DNA of 24,191 nt from an uncultured Planctomycetales bacterium (GTDB taxonomy: Bacteria > Planctomycetota > Phycisphaerae > UBA1845 > JAFGLZ01), in contig CAYOGX010000001.1 in assembly GCA_964403235.1 (NCBI GenBank), positions 1 through 24,191 of the forward strand, given 5' to 3'. A program made the translations under genes and the position numbers. The notes beneath the pieces are model-generated. The model saw only the letters and a program-made list of their open reading frames with translations. It did no database searches and was not told where the DNA came from. How positions within the stretch are numbered: the stretch's first letter is position 1; each line of letters begins with the position of its first letter. This document shows positions 16,414-24,191 of this stretch, piece after piece.

Positions 16414-17691
16414 ATGTCCAGCGGGAAATGCAATCGGCCAATGAGCAGGCGGGCGGCCATGCGTGGTATGGCGGCCGGCGTGGCCGGTGCCGCCGGCCTC
16501 ACGGGCGCTGCCGGGCCGTCCAAGGGGGGCCTCTCGAAGGATCGACCCGCCACGCAACCGGCGAAACGCCTGACCCCCAGCGGCGCGATCCGCGTCGAGC
16601 GGCAACCGACCGGCTCGGAGATCTGGCAGATCGAGACGCAGCTCAAGTACAGCCACACCTACGCCAGCATATACGGCGAACGGTCGTGGTGCTCGGCCGA
16701 CTCGCGCTACTTCGTCTACCTCAGACGGAACGAATTTCTGTGGGGCCGGAACAAGAGCGAGTGGATGCGGGTGGAGCTGGGGACATGGAAGCGATGCCGA
16801 CTCGACATCGGCACGGGCCGCCCGGGCTGCGCCATCTCGCACGACGGCGTCTTCTACTACCTCAAGCACTTCGCCGACGACGACGCGGTGTACCTGATGC
16901 GGGCGGACCTGCGCGAGGGGATCCCCCAGAAGGTCCACCGCATGAAGGGCCTCGTGCAGAGCCTGGGCACGGCCTCGACCGACGGGCGGTACTACGCCTA
17001 CGGCACGGTGTTGGACAAGCAGTGGAAGCTGTTTGGCGTGGTGCTGGTCGATCTGAAGACGGGCCGACAGGAGGTCATCGATCGCGACCCCTATCTGTGC
17101 AACCCGCATCCGCACTTCGAACCGGGCGAAGGCAAGTACCTACTGATCCAGCATAACCGGGGCTGTCGGTTCTCGCCCGAGGGCGAGCGGATCCGCATCG
17201 TCGGGCCGGAGGGGGCGACGCTCTACCTGCTGTCCGTGCCGGACGGCAGGCGGACCCCACTGCAAGTTGGCAAGCCCTACACCGCCCCGATCAGCGGGCA
17301 CGAGGTCTGGGCCGGCAAGACCAAGGAGATCTGGATGACGGCCGGTGACCTGTGGGCCGTTCGAGAGGGCGAAAAGGCTCGCCAACTGACCAAGGGCTTT
17401 AACTTCGTCCACGTCCACGCGTCCCGTTGCGGGCGCGTCTTTCTGTGCGGCAATCACCGCGGCGAGTACGACCTGGTCCTCGGCTGCCGCAAGACCGGCA
17501 AGACGGCCGTCGTCTGCTCGGCCAAGACGCGGACCGACGGCCCACCGCGCACCATCAAGAACACGCACCCGCGTCCCTACCTGACGCCGGACCTCAAGTG
17601 GGCGATCTTCCTGTCCAACCGCAGCGGCAGCCCCCAGGTCCACGCCGCCAGCGTGCCGGAGGGGCTGGTCGAGCAGGTGTGCAAGGCGTAG
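16414..17691 (+). CDS. Tat-exported oligogalacturonate lyase (PL22)-like beta-propeller, paralogue 1, 425 aa
   Basis: GGAGAG RBS; SRRAAMRGMAAGVAGAAG twin-arginine signal; GHEVW, HVH and THPRPYLTPD...SNRSG motifs of Ogl-like propellers. Confidence 0.75.
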   Translation: MSSGKCNRPMSRRAAMRGMAAGVAGAAGLTGAAGPSKGGLSKDRPATQPAKRLTPSGAIRVERQPTGSEIWQIETQLKYSHTYASIYGERSWCSADSRYFVYLRRNEFLWGRNKSEWMRVELGTWKRCRLDIGTGRPGCAISHDGVFYYLKHFADDDAVYLMRADLREGIPQKVHRMKGLVQSLGTASTDGRYYAYGTVLDKQWKLFGVVLVDLKTGRQEVIDRDPYLCNPHPHFEPGEGKYLLIQHNRGCRFSPEGERIRIVGPEGATLYLLSVPDGRRTPLQVGKPYTAPISGHEVWAGKTKEIWMTAGDLWAVREGEKARQLTKGFNFVHVHASRCGRVFLCGNHRGEYDLVLGCRKTGKTAVVCSAKTRTDGPPRTIKNTHPRPYLTPDLKWAIFLSNRSGSPQVHAASVPEGLVEQVCKA

Positions 17692-17908
17692 CGGGCAAGT
17701 CAGCCGTGCGACGGCCGAACACAATGTACTGGATTGCGGCGTAAGGGGAAGCGGTATTCTAAATCATCTGCCGACAGGATCTTGCGACTGTTGGCATGCC
17801 CCGAGGATTGCTGGAGAGTCGTTCAATGCCAGGTTCTGGTTCCAGCGCGGTGCGGAGGCCGAGACGATCTGATCCCCGGGCCGCGGAGAATCCATAGGCG
17901 GAAGTCTT

Positions 17909-19408
17909 GTGTCAACCGAGCGAAAAGCGGCTCAAGAACACCTGCAGCGCAGGGCTTCCCGGCGATGGCTGTTTCGCCTCGCGGCGATACTGCTGAGTCT
18001 GTCGCCGCTGGTGCTGTGCGAAGGTCTCTGTACGCTCCTCGATTGGGGCCGACCCAGCCTTCACGACGACCCCTTTGTCGGCTTCCGGTCAGTGCGACCG
18101 CTGTTCGTGCTGAGCGCGGATCAGACGCGATACGAGATCCCCAAGGCCAGGCAGACGCACTTTCGCCCCGAGTCCTTCTCGTCCAACAAGCCGGATAACG
18201 GGTTCCGCATTTTCTGTCTGGGTGGATCGACGGTTCAGGGGCGCCCGTTCGCGCTGGAAACATCCTTTCCTACCTGGCTGGAGATCAGCCTACAGGCCGC
18301 CGATATGAGCCGCCGCTGGGAAGTCGTCAACTGCGGCGGCATCTCCTACGCCAGCTATCGTCTGGTGCCGATCTTGCAGGAGGTGCTTCAATACGAGCCT
18401 GACTTGATCGTGCTTTACACGGGGCACAATGAGTTTCTGGAAGACCGTAGCTTCGACCATATCAGGCGGCGCGGCGAATTCTTGAACGCGTTGATCGCAG
18501 CGGCCTCCCGATTGCGCACGTTCACCCTGATGCGGGAAGGATACTTGCGCCTTCAGGGCATCTCGTCAGAGGATTCCGCTCGCGTCCGACCGCTCTTGCC
18601 CACGGAAGTGGACGCCCTTCTGGATTACCGCGGTGGCCTGGAAGCGTATCACCGCGACGACCGGTGGCGTCGCGGCGTCATCATGCAGTACCGTCAGAAT
18701 CTGCGTCGCATGGTGGCATTGGCCTGCGACGCAAAGGTGAATCTAATTCTCGTCAATCCTGTCAGCAGTCTCTGCGACTCGCCACCGTTCAAGTCGGAGC
18801 ATCGGGCAGACCTGAGCACGCAGGAGCGAAAGAAGTGGGAGTCGCTCTGCCAGGGCGCGCGACAGCGTTTTCGCCGCGAGGACTACAATATCCACGAGGC
18901 CATAGCGCTGTTTGAGCGGGCATGCGAAATAGACCGCTTGCACGCGGGCACCTGGTACACGTTGGCCGAGTGCTACCGAACCGTTGGGAGGATCGAACAG
19001 GCTCGCGACGCATACGTGCGGGCGAAAGAGCTGGACGTCTGCCCACTGCGCATCCTCCAGCCAATGAACGAGGCGGTGCTCGAGCTCGCCCGTGAGACGC
19101 AGACGCCGCTGGTCGATGCCCAGGAACTCTTCGAGCGGCACAGTCCGCACGGCCTCGTGGGTGGCGACTGGCTCCTGGACCATGTCCATCCGGCGATCAA
19201 GGGACACCAATTGCTCGCCGACGAGATCGCCAACAAGTTGGTCTCGCTAGGGGTGGCCCACCCGAGACCCGGTTGGACCGAAAGAAAGAAGCAGCGGTTC
19301 CGAGCACAACTCGATGGATTGGATGATCTGTATTTCTTCAAGGGGTCCCAGCGTCTTGAGAATGTCCGGTCTTGGGCGCGAGGCCGAACCGAGGACGTTC
19401 GACCTTGA
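17909..19408 (+). CDS. Membrane-anchored SGNH/GDSL hydrolase with inserted TPR
   Basis: N-terminal TM helix; block I LGGST, block II GGISYAS, block III GHNE and block V DHVHP; TPR-like EAIALFERACEIDRLHAGTWYTLAECYRTVGRIEQARDAY. Confidence 0.85.
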   Translation: MSTERKAAQEHLQRRASRRWLFRLAAILLSLSPLVLCEGLCTLLDWGRPSLHDDPFVGFRSVRPLFVLSADQTRYEIPKARQTHFRPESFSSNKPDNGFRIFCLGGSTVQGRPFALETSFPTWLEISLQAADMSRRWEVVNCGGISYASYRLVPILQEVLQYEPDLIVLYTGHNEFLEDRSFDHIRRRGEFLNALIAAASRLRTFTLMREGYLRLQGISSEDSARVRPLLPTEVDALLDYRGGLEAYHRDDRWRRGVIMQYRQNLRRMVALACDAKVNLILVNPVSSLCDSPPFKSEHRADLSTQERKKWESLCQGARQRFRREDYNIHEAIALFERACEIDRLHAGTWYTLAECYRTVGRIEQARDAYVRAKELDVCPLRILQPMNEAVLELARETQTPLVDAQELFERHSPHGLVGGDWLLDHVHPAIKGHQLLADEIANKLVSLGVAHPRPGWTERKKQRFRAQLDGLDDLYFFKGSQRLENVRSWARGRTEDVRP

Positions 19409-19481
19409 TCAAAGAGTCCTTCGAGCCCATGCTCAGGTGTTCGGGGTATCACTGGCGACGGGTGTTCGGCCGACGGTTCGA

Positions 19482-19490
19482 TGGTATGCT
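19482..19490 (+). promoter_or_regulatory. Candidate extended -10 promoter for PL22-like paralogue 2
   Basis: TG-N-TATGCT about 100 nt upstream of the ATG at 19589. Confidence 0.25.
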
Positions 19491-19588
19491 GGCATCCCGA
19501 GAGAGCCTTCAAACGATGAAGTGATGTGGGTGGGCCGTTGCCTTGGCGGCGGGGACACCCAATGCCGGCCTGGAACGGAGAAAAGCAA

Positions 19589-20836
19589 ATGTCCGCAGAC
19601 AAGAGCGTCCGCACCATGAGCCGACGAACCGCGATTCGCGGCATGCTGGTCGGGACGGCCGGTGTCGTCGGGATGGCCCGGCCCGGGTTTGGGGCCAAAG
19701 GGTCCCCATCCAAAGGAGGTGTTCGAGTGGGGCGCGAATCGAACGGATCGGAGGTCTGGCAGGTCACCACCGAGAAATACAACCATTCGAACATCTACTG
19801 TGAGATGCCCTATTGCTCGGCCGATTCAAGGTACTTCGTCTATGAACGCCGGAACCCGAAGCTGCCCGGCAAGAACAAGGTCGAGTTCATGGTGGTCGAG
19901 CTGGGTACGTGGAAGCAGCATCGACTCGACGCGACCGTCGGGCTCGTGGGCTGTGCCATCACGCACGACGGGGTGTTCTGCTACCTCAAACAGGTCGGAA
20001 AGGACGCGTTCGACCTGATGCGCGTCGACCTGGCGAAGGGCCGCCCGGAGCAGATCCACCGTATCGAGGGCGAAGAGCGACCCAGGAGCTTCGGGGCCGT
20101 GACGCCCGACGGCCGATACTACCTGACCGGCAAGAAGATCGGCGACGACTACCAGATGTTCGGCATCCTACTGGTCGACCTGAAGACCGGCCGACAGTCC
20201 ATCCTCGACCGCGACCCGTTCATCCTCAACCCCCACCCCCAGATCGAGCCGGGCGAGGGCAAGCAGCTCATGATCCAGCACAACCGCGGCGGGAAGTACA
20301 CGCCCGACGGCAAGCGTCTGCGGCTCGTCGGGCCCGAGGGCGCGACGCTCTACCTCGCCTCCGTGCCGGACGGCAAGCGGACTCTCCTGCAGGTCGGCAA
20401 ACCCTACACGACGCCCTGTACGGGCCATGAGGCCTGGATCGGCAAGACCAAGGAGATCCTCTTGACGGTCGCGCCGAGCGGGGAGTTCGCGCCGGACAAG
20501 GGGAACCTGCTCGGCGTTCGTGCGGGCCAACCCGCCCGCGTCGTCGCTCGGGGGTACCACTTCGGGCACGTCGGCGCGTCCCGATGCGGCCGGTTCTTCT
20601 CCTGCGACGACTGGCGGGAAACCTACAAGGTCGTCATCGGCTCGATCCGAACCGGCAAGACGGCGGTGGTCTGCGAATCCCGGACGAAGCCGGGCCGTTC
20701 GCAAAACACCCACCCGCACCCCTACCTGACGCCCGACCTGAAGTGGGTGATCTTCAACTCGAACCGGAGCGGGTTTCCCCATGTCCACGCGGCGAGCGTA
20801 CCGGCCGGGATGATCGAGGAGTTGGGCCAAACCTAG
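19589..20836 (+). CDS. Tat-exported oligogalacturonate lyase (PL22)-like beta-propeller, paralogue 2, 415 aa
   Basis: GGAG RBS at 19577-19580; SRRTAIRGMLVG signal; CTGHEAW, GHVG and QNTHPHPYLTPD motifs; clear protein- and DNA-level similarity to 16414-17691. Confidence 0.8.
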   Translation: MSADKSVRTMSRRTAIRGMLVGTAGVVGMARPGFGAKGSPSKGGVRVGRESNGSEVWQVTTEKYNHSNIYCEMPYCSADSRYFVYERRNPKLPGKNKVEFMVVELGTWKQHRLDATVGLVGCAITHDGVFCYLKQVGKDAFDLMRVDLAKGRPEQIHRIEGEERPRSFGAVTPDGRYYLTGKKIGDDYQMFGILLVDLKTGRQSILDRDPFILNPHPQIEPGEGKQLMIQHNRGGKYTPDGKRLRLVGPEGATLYLASVPDGKRTLLQVGKPYTTPCTGHEAWIGKTKEILLTVAPSGEFAPDKGNLLGVRAGQPARVVARGYHFGHVGASRCGRFFSCDDWRETYKVVIGSIRTGKTAVVCESRTKPGRSQNTHPHPYLTPDLKWVIFNSNRSGFPHVHAASVPAGMIEELGQT

Positions 20837-20911
20837 TCCTTGTAGATTCTCTGTTTCATTGTGTCGCAGGGACCCCACCGCCCGCACCACAAAGGTCGGG
20901 CAGCGGTGTGC

Positions 20912-20940
20912 TTGTGGGGATGGGAAGACCACGTTATAGT
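20912..20940 (+). promoter_or_regulatory. Candidate sigma70 promoter for the KamA-family gene
   Basis: TTGTGG-17 nt-TATAGT. Confidence 0.4.
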
Positions 20941-20963
20941 GCACGACGCTACAATAACGCCTT

Positions 20964-21053
20964 GGAGGTTGAGGGGGTGGTCCTTCAAAGCGAAGGTCCA
21001 ATCCCACCCTCACATCTCCTAATAGGGGCTGACTCCGCGGGCCGGTGGCCCGC
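20964..21053 (+). other. Stacked stem-loops in the putative 5' leader of the KamA-family gene
   Basis: Outer stem GGAGGTTGAGGG / CCCTCACATCTCC; inner TGG.CCTTC-AAAGC-GAAGG.CCA; second hairpin GCGGGCC-GGT-GGCCCGC (21037-21053). Confidence 0.4.
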
Positions 21054-21081
21054 CGGGACCTGATGTACGGAGGCCCGGACC

Positions 21082-22185
21082 ATGCGATGGCAAGACGAGA
21101 TCAAAAACAGCATCACCACGCTCGATCAATTGAGCGAATACGCCAAGTTGCCCTTGGACGAGGACAAGCGCCTGCGACGGGTCGCCAAACGGCATCCGAT
21201 GGCCATGACCCGCTACTACGCGTCGCTGATCGACTGGACCGATCCGGACGACCCGATTCGTCGGATGGCCGTCCCATGCGTGGAGGAACTGAACGTCGCC
21301 GGGACGTACGACACGAGCGGCGAGGCGAGCAACACGAAGATGCCCGGCCTTCAGCACAAGTACGCGCAGACCGCGCTGATCCTCGCGACCAACCGATGCG
21401 CGATGTACTGCCGGCATTGCTTCAGGAAGCGATTGGTCGGCCTGACGAACGAGGAGATCCTGAGCCGGTTCGGTGAGGCGGTGGCGTATGTCAAGCGGCA
21501 CAACGAGATCAACAACGTGCTCATCAGCGGCGGTGATCCGCTCATCCTGCCGACCCGAGTGATTCGCGAGTTCCTCCGAAGGCTGTCGCCCATTGCCCAT
21601 CTGTGCTTCATCAGGCTGGGCAGCAGAACGCCCGTCACGTTCCCCCAGCGGATCTACGGCGACAGGGAGCTGCTGGCCGTGCTGAAGCGGTACTCCGCCG
21701 GTGACAAGCGGCTGTTCCTGGTCACACAGTTCAACCATCCCCGGGAGATCACCGAGCAGTCGACCAGGGCTGTCAGCCGGCTGATCGAGGCCGGCGTGGT
21801 CCTCAACAATCAGACCGTTCTGCTGAGCGGCGTGAACGACGATCCGGATACGCTGGCGGAATTGCAGAACAGACTGGTGGGCATCGGTGTCAATCCGTAC
21901 TACGTCTTCCAGTGCAGGCCCGTCAAGCGCGTGAAGCATTGCTACCAGGTGCCGTTCCGCCGTGGTTACGAGGCGGTGGAAAAGGCCAAGCGGCAGCTCA
22001 ACGGCCACAGCAAGCGGTTCCGCTATGCGATGTCGCACAAGACGGGCAAGATCGAGATCGTGGGGATCATGGGCAACGACATTTACCTCAAGTACTTCCA
22101 GGCCAAGAGCCCGAAGAACGTCGGCCGGTTTTTCAAGCGACGACTGACCGACAACGCGGCCTGGTTGGATGACTTGGGACCGTGA
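21082..22185 (+). CDS. KamA-family radical SAM, PLP-dependent aminomutase homologue (substrate probably not lysine)
   Basis: GGAGG RBS; GLQHKY, CAMYCRHCFRKR (CxxxCxxC), ISGGDPL, RLGSRTPVTFPQRI, TQFNHPRE, NQTVLL, PYYVFQC, and the PLP Lys in TGKIE. Confidence 0.9.
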   Translation: MRWQDEIKNSITTLDQLSEYAKLPLDEDKRLRRVAKRHPMAMTRYYASLIDWTDPDDPIRRMAVPCVEELNVAGTYDTSGEASNTKMPGLQHKYAQTALILATNRCAMYCRHCFRKRLVGLTNEEILSRFGEAVAYVKRHNEINNVLISGGDPLILPTRVIREFLRRLSPIAHLCFIRLGSRTPVTFPQRIYGDRELLAVLKRYSAGDKRLFLVTQFNHPREITEQSTRAVSRLIEAGVVLNNQTVLLSGVNDDPDTLAELQNRLVGIGVNPYYVFQCRPVKRVKHCYQVPFRRGYEAVEKAKRQLNGHSKRFRYAMSHKTGKIEIVGIMGNDIYLKYFQAKSPKNVGRFFKRRLTDNAAWLDDLGP

Positions 22186-22294
22186 GCCAAGCCGCCAGCA
22201 ACACCGGGGATCACGGTCGAAGCAGCGGAAGTCCTTTCGATCAAGGATGCATCCGGGCGAGACCACGATCGCTCGATTGCGGGATTTCCGTGCT

Positions 22295-22322
22295 TTGTTT
22301 TGCGGCCGACGCCCGCTAGAAT
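22295..22322 (+). promoter_or_regulatory. Candidate sigma70 promoter for the MFS gene
   Basis: TTGTTT-16 nt-TAGAAT, about 80 nt upstream of the ATG. Confidence 0.35.
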
Positions 22323-22400
22323 GCCCGCCTGTTCGTACCACCTGACAGTCAAGTAGGGCCGGCTGTGCCGACCGCTTCCTGACAACGTAGGAGGTGTTTG

Positions 22401-23732
22401 ATGGAACTCGGTGTGCGGATCCGCCTGAGCGTGATGATGTTCCTGACGTACGTGATCTGGGGCGCGTGGCTGCCGCTCCTGCCGGTCTATCTGGGACACC
22501 CGGACATCGGATTCACGGGGGAGCAGATCGGCCTGGTCTTCGCGACCATGGCGATCGCGTCCGTCACGGCGATGCTGATCAGCGGGCAGATCGCGGACCG
22601 ATGGTTCTCGACGGAGCGATTCCTATGCGTCAGTAGCCTTCTCGGTGCGGCCGCACTCTATGTCGTTTCCTTGCAGACAAGCTTCTGGCCGTTCTTCATG
22701 GCCTTTCTGGTCTACGCCATCATCTACGTGCCCATCCTGTCCCTGACGAACGCGATCAGCTTCGCGCACATCCCGGATGCCCAGCGAGATTTCGGGGGCA
22801 TCCGCGTGTGGGGGACCCTCGGGTGGGTCGCCGCCAGTTGGCCTTTCCTTTTGATCTTGGGAGACAAGGCCACGGTGGGCGACCTCAGGTGGATGTTCTA
22901 CGTGTCGGCGGCGGTTTCGGTGGTCTTGGGCGTTTTCTCACTGACCCTGCCGCACACGCCGCCGAAGCGTGAAGCCCGCGAGCGGTTCGCCCCGCTGCGG
23001 GCCCTGTCCCTGCTCGGCAAGCCGGCGTTCTTGGTCCTGTTCTTGGTGGCCTTGAGTGATTCGATGGTTCAGTTCTGCTACTTCATCTGGACGGGGCTCT
23101 TTCTCGAGGCCCTGGAGGTACCGGCCAAGTACATCTCCGCGTGCATGAGCATCGGGCAGATCGCCGAAATCCTGACCATGTTCGCCCTGGGCTACTTCCT
23201 CAAGACCTTCGGCTGGCGGAAGGTGATGGCCATGGGGGTCTTCGCCCACACCTTGCGATTCGGCATCTACACGCTCAGCGCCGGCAAGCCGGAGTTGGCC
23301 TGGTTGGTGGTGGCCAGCAATGTCGTGCACGGTGCCGCCTATGCCTTCTTCTTCGCGGCCGTCTACATCTATGCAGACGAGCACGCGCCCAAGGACATTC
23401 GAGCCAGCGCCCAGATCCTGTTCAACCTGGTGATCCTTGGAGCGGGTCAACTTCTCGGCAGCTTGCTGTTCGGGAAGTTGGGCGACTACTACACCACCAC
23501 GACCACGCAGACCGTGGGCGAGGTCGTCACGCAGGTCAAGGTCTTGGACTATCGAAGTCTGTTCCTGATCCCAACCCTCTGGTCGCTGGTCACCGGGACA
23601 TTCCTGCTCATCGCGTTCTGGCCCGGCGAGAAGCCGCCGGCTGAGGAGAACGGCGACGTGCCGGATTCCGGCCTGGGCGAGGGCGAGGCCGAGGTCGAGC
23701 AGCGGCTTCGCGATCTGGGCTACGTCGAGTAG
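22401..23732 (+). CDS. MFS transporter, nucleoside:H+ symporter (NupG/XapB)-like, with an atypical C-terminal tail
   Basis: AGGAGGT RBS; LSVMMFLTYVIWGAW N-terminus, GQIADRWFSTER, FGGIRVWGTLGW, IGQIAEI and DIRASAQ; about 12 hydrophobic helices. Confidence 0.9.
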   Translation: MELGVRIRLSVMMFLTYVIWGAWLPLLPVYLGHPDIGFTGEQIGLVFATMAIASVTAMLISGQIADRWFSTERFLCVSSLLGAAALYVVSLQTSFWPFFMAFLVYAIIYVPILSLTNAISFAHIPDAQRDFGGIRVWGTLGWVAASWPFLLILGDKATVGDLRWMFYVSAAVSVVLGVFSLTLPHTPPKREARERFAPLRALSLLGKPAFLVLFLVALSDSMVQFCYFIWTGLFLEALEVPAKYISACMSIGQIAEILTMFALGYFLKTFGWRKVMAMGVFAHTLRFGIYTLSAGKPELAWLVVASNVVHGAAYAFFFAAVYIYADEHAPKDIRASAQILFNLVILGAGQLLGSLLFGKLGDYYTTTTTQTVGEVVTQVKVLDYRSLFLIPTLWSLVTGTFLLIAFWPGEKPPAEENGDVPDSGLGEGEAEVEQRLRDLGYVE

Positions 23733-23829
23733 CGACGCCCGGCGTCCCGGCGTTCAACCGACAGGACAATCCCTTCGCGCGCTTCGGTTCAGAACTCGGC
23801 CTCCCCCGCGCCGTTCCGCACGTGCTGAT

Positions 23830-24191
23830 TTAGAACGTCGTGCCGAAGCTGAACTGGAAGTACTGCTCGTCGTCGTCGTCGTCGCGAACGACGGGGAAGG
23901 ACAGGTCGAAGGCCATCGGGATCGGGCCGAACCACTTGACGATGACGCGGGCGCCGAAGCCGACCGAGACCCGCCACGCGCTGAGTCCGAAGTCCTCCTC
24001 GACGGTGCCCATGTCGGTGAAGGCGACGCCGCGGAGGACCTTGCCGTAGATGGGGAAGTTGTACTCGCCCCCGGTGACGAACATGAAGTCGCCACCGACG
24101 CGGTCGTCGTGGATGCCCGCGCGGGGCGAGATACCACGGAACTCGAACCCGCGGACCGACCCGATGCCGCCGCCGAAGAACCGCTCGAAGA
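23830..24191 (-). CDS. bamA: Outer membrane protein assembly factor BamA (Omp85), C-terminal fragment truncated by the window edge
   Basis: The reading frame gives FERFFGGGIGSVRGFEFRGISP (VRGF loop-6 motif), GGDF...EYNFP, RVSVGFG, GPIPMAFD and terminal FQFSFGTTF with C-terminal Phe. Confidence 0.88.
   Translation of the reverse strand, partial: FERFFGGGIGSVRGFEFRGISPRAGIHDDRVGGDFMFVTGGEYNFPIYGKVLRGVAFTDMGTVEEDFGLSAWRVSVGFGARVIVKWFGPIPMAFDLSFPVVRDDDDDEQYFQFSFGTTF

Noticed and set aside
16356-21071. Shared 11-mer CTGATGTACGG upstream of PL22-like paralogue 1 and the KamA-like gene
   Set aside because: About one such match is expected by chance among this much intergenic DNA. It is not palindromic, and the distances to the start codons differ.
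23495-23890. Short trinucleotide runs (ACCACCACGACCACG; GTCGTCGTCGTCGTC)
   Set aside because: They simply encode poly-Thr and poly-Asp loops in the MFS and BamA proteins. They are in frame and too short to suggest phase variation.
1-24191. CRISPR arrays, rRNA/tRNA, prophage, transposase or defence-system genes
   Set aside because: I saw no regularly spaced direct repeats, RNA-gene signatures or corresponding protein motifs.

Overview
A GC-rich, gene-dense bacterial chromosomal window. It is most likely from a Planctomycetota (Phycisphaerae-like) genome, inferred from protein families, Thr-Gln/Arg-Pro low-complexity motifs and a REP-like palindrome. I can support 18 CDSs, two of them truncated by the window edges. 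In order: partial radical SAM/SPASM; large GH-like protein with an inserted malectin domain; GH33 sialidase; PilZ+cNMP-binding protein; a minus-strand operon of two DUF3352-like exported proteins plus a HAD phosphatase; an AAC(3)-like/TIM-barrel fusion plus a cyclase-family protein; GT87-like membrane protein; small nucleotidyltransferase; uncharacterised exported protein; two Tat-exported PL22 (oligogalacturonate lyase)-like paralogues flanking an SGNH/TPR gene; KamA-family radical SAM; NupG-like MFS transporter; 3' end of bamA. I found no rRNA, tRNA, CRISPR array, integrase or transposase. The best signals are at residue and domain level: a circularly permuted malectin domain, a PL22 paralogue pair in which one copy swaps metal ligands for Lys/Arg, a KamA homologue with Arg at the lysine-binding Asp position, an MFS transporter ending in a sulfatase/AlkP-type 'RLRDLGY' tail, and an AAC(3)-fusion/cyclase operon in which two metalloenzyme folds have lost canonical ligands. 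All family calls come from motif recognition by eye, with no database search. Reference residue numbers are recalled from the literature and need alignment to confirm.
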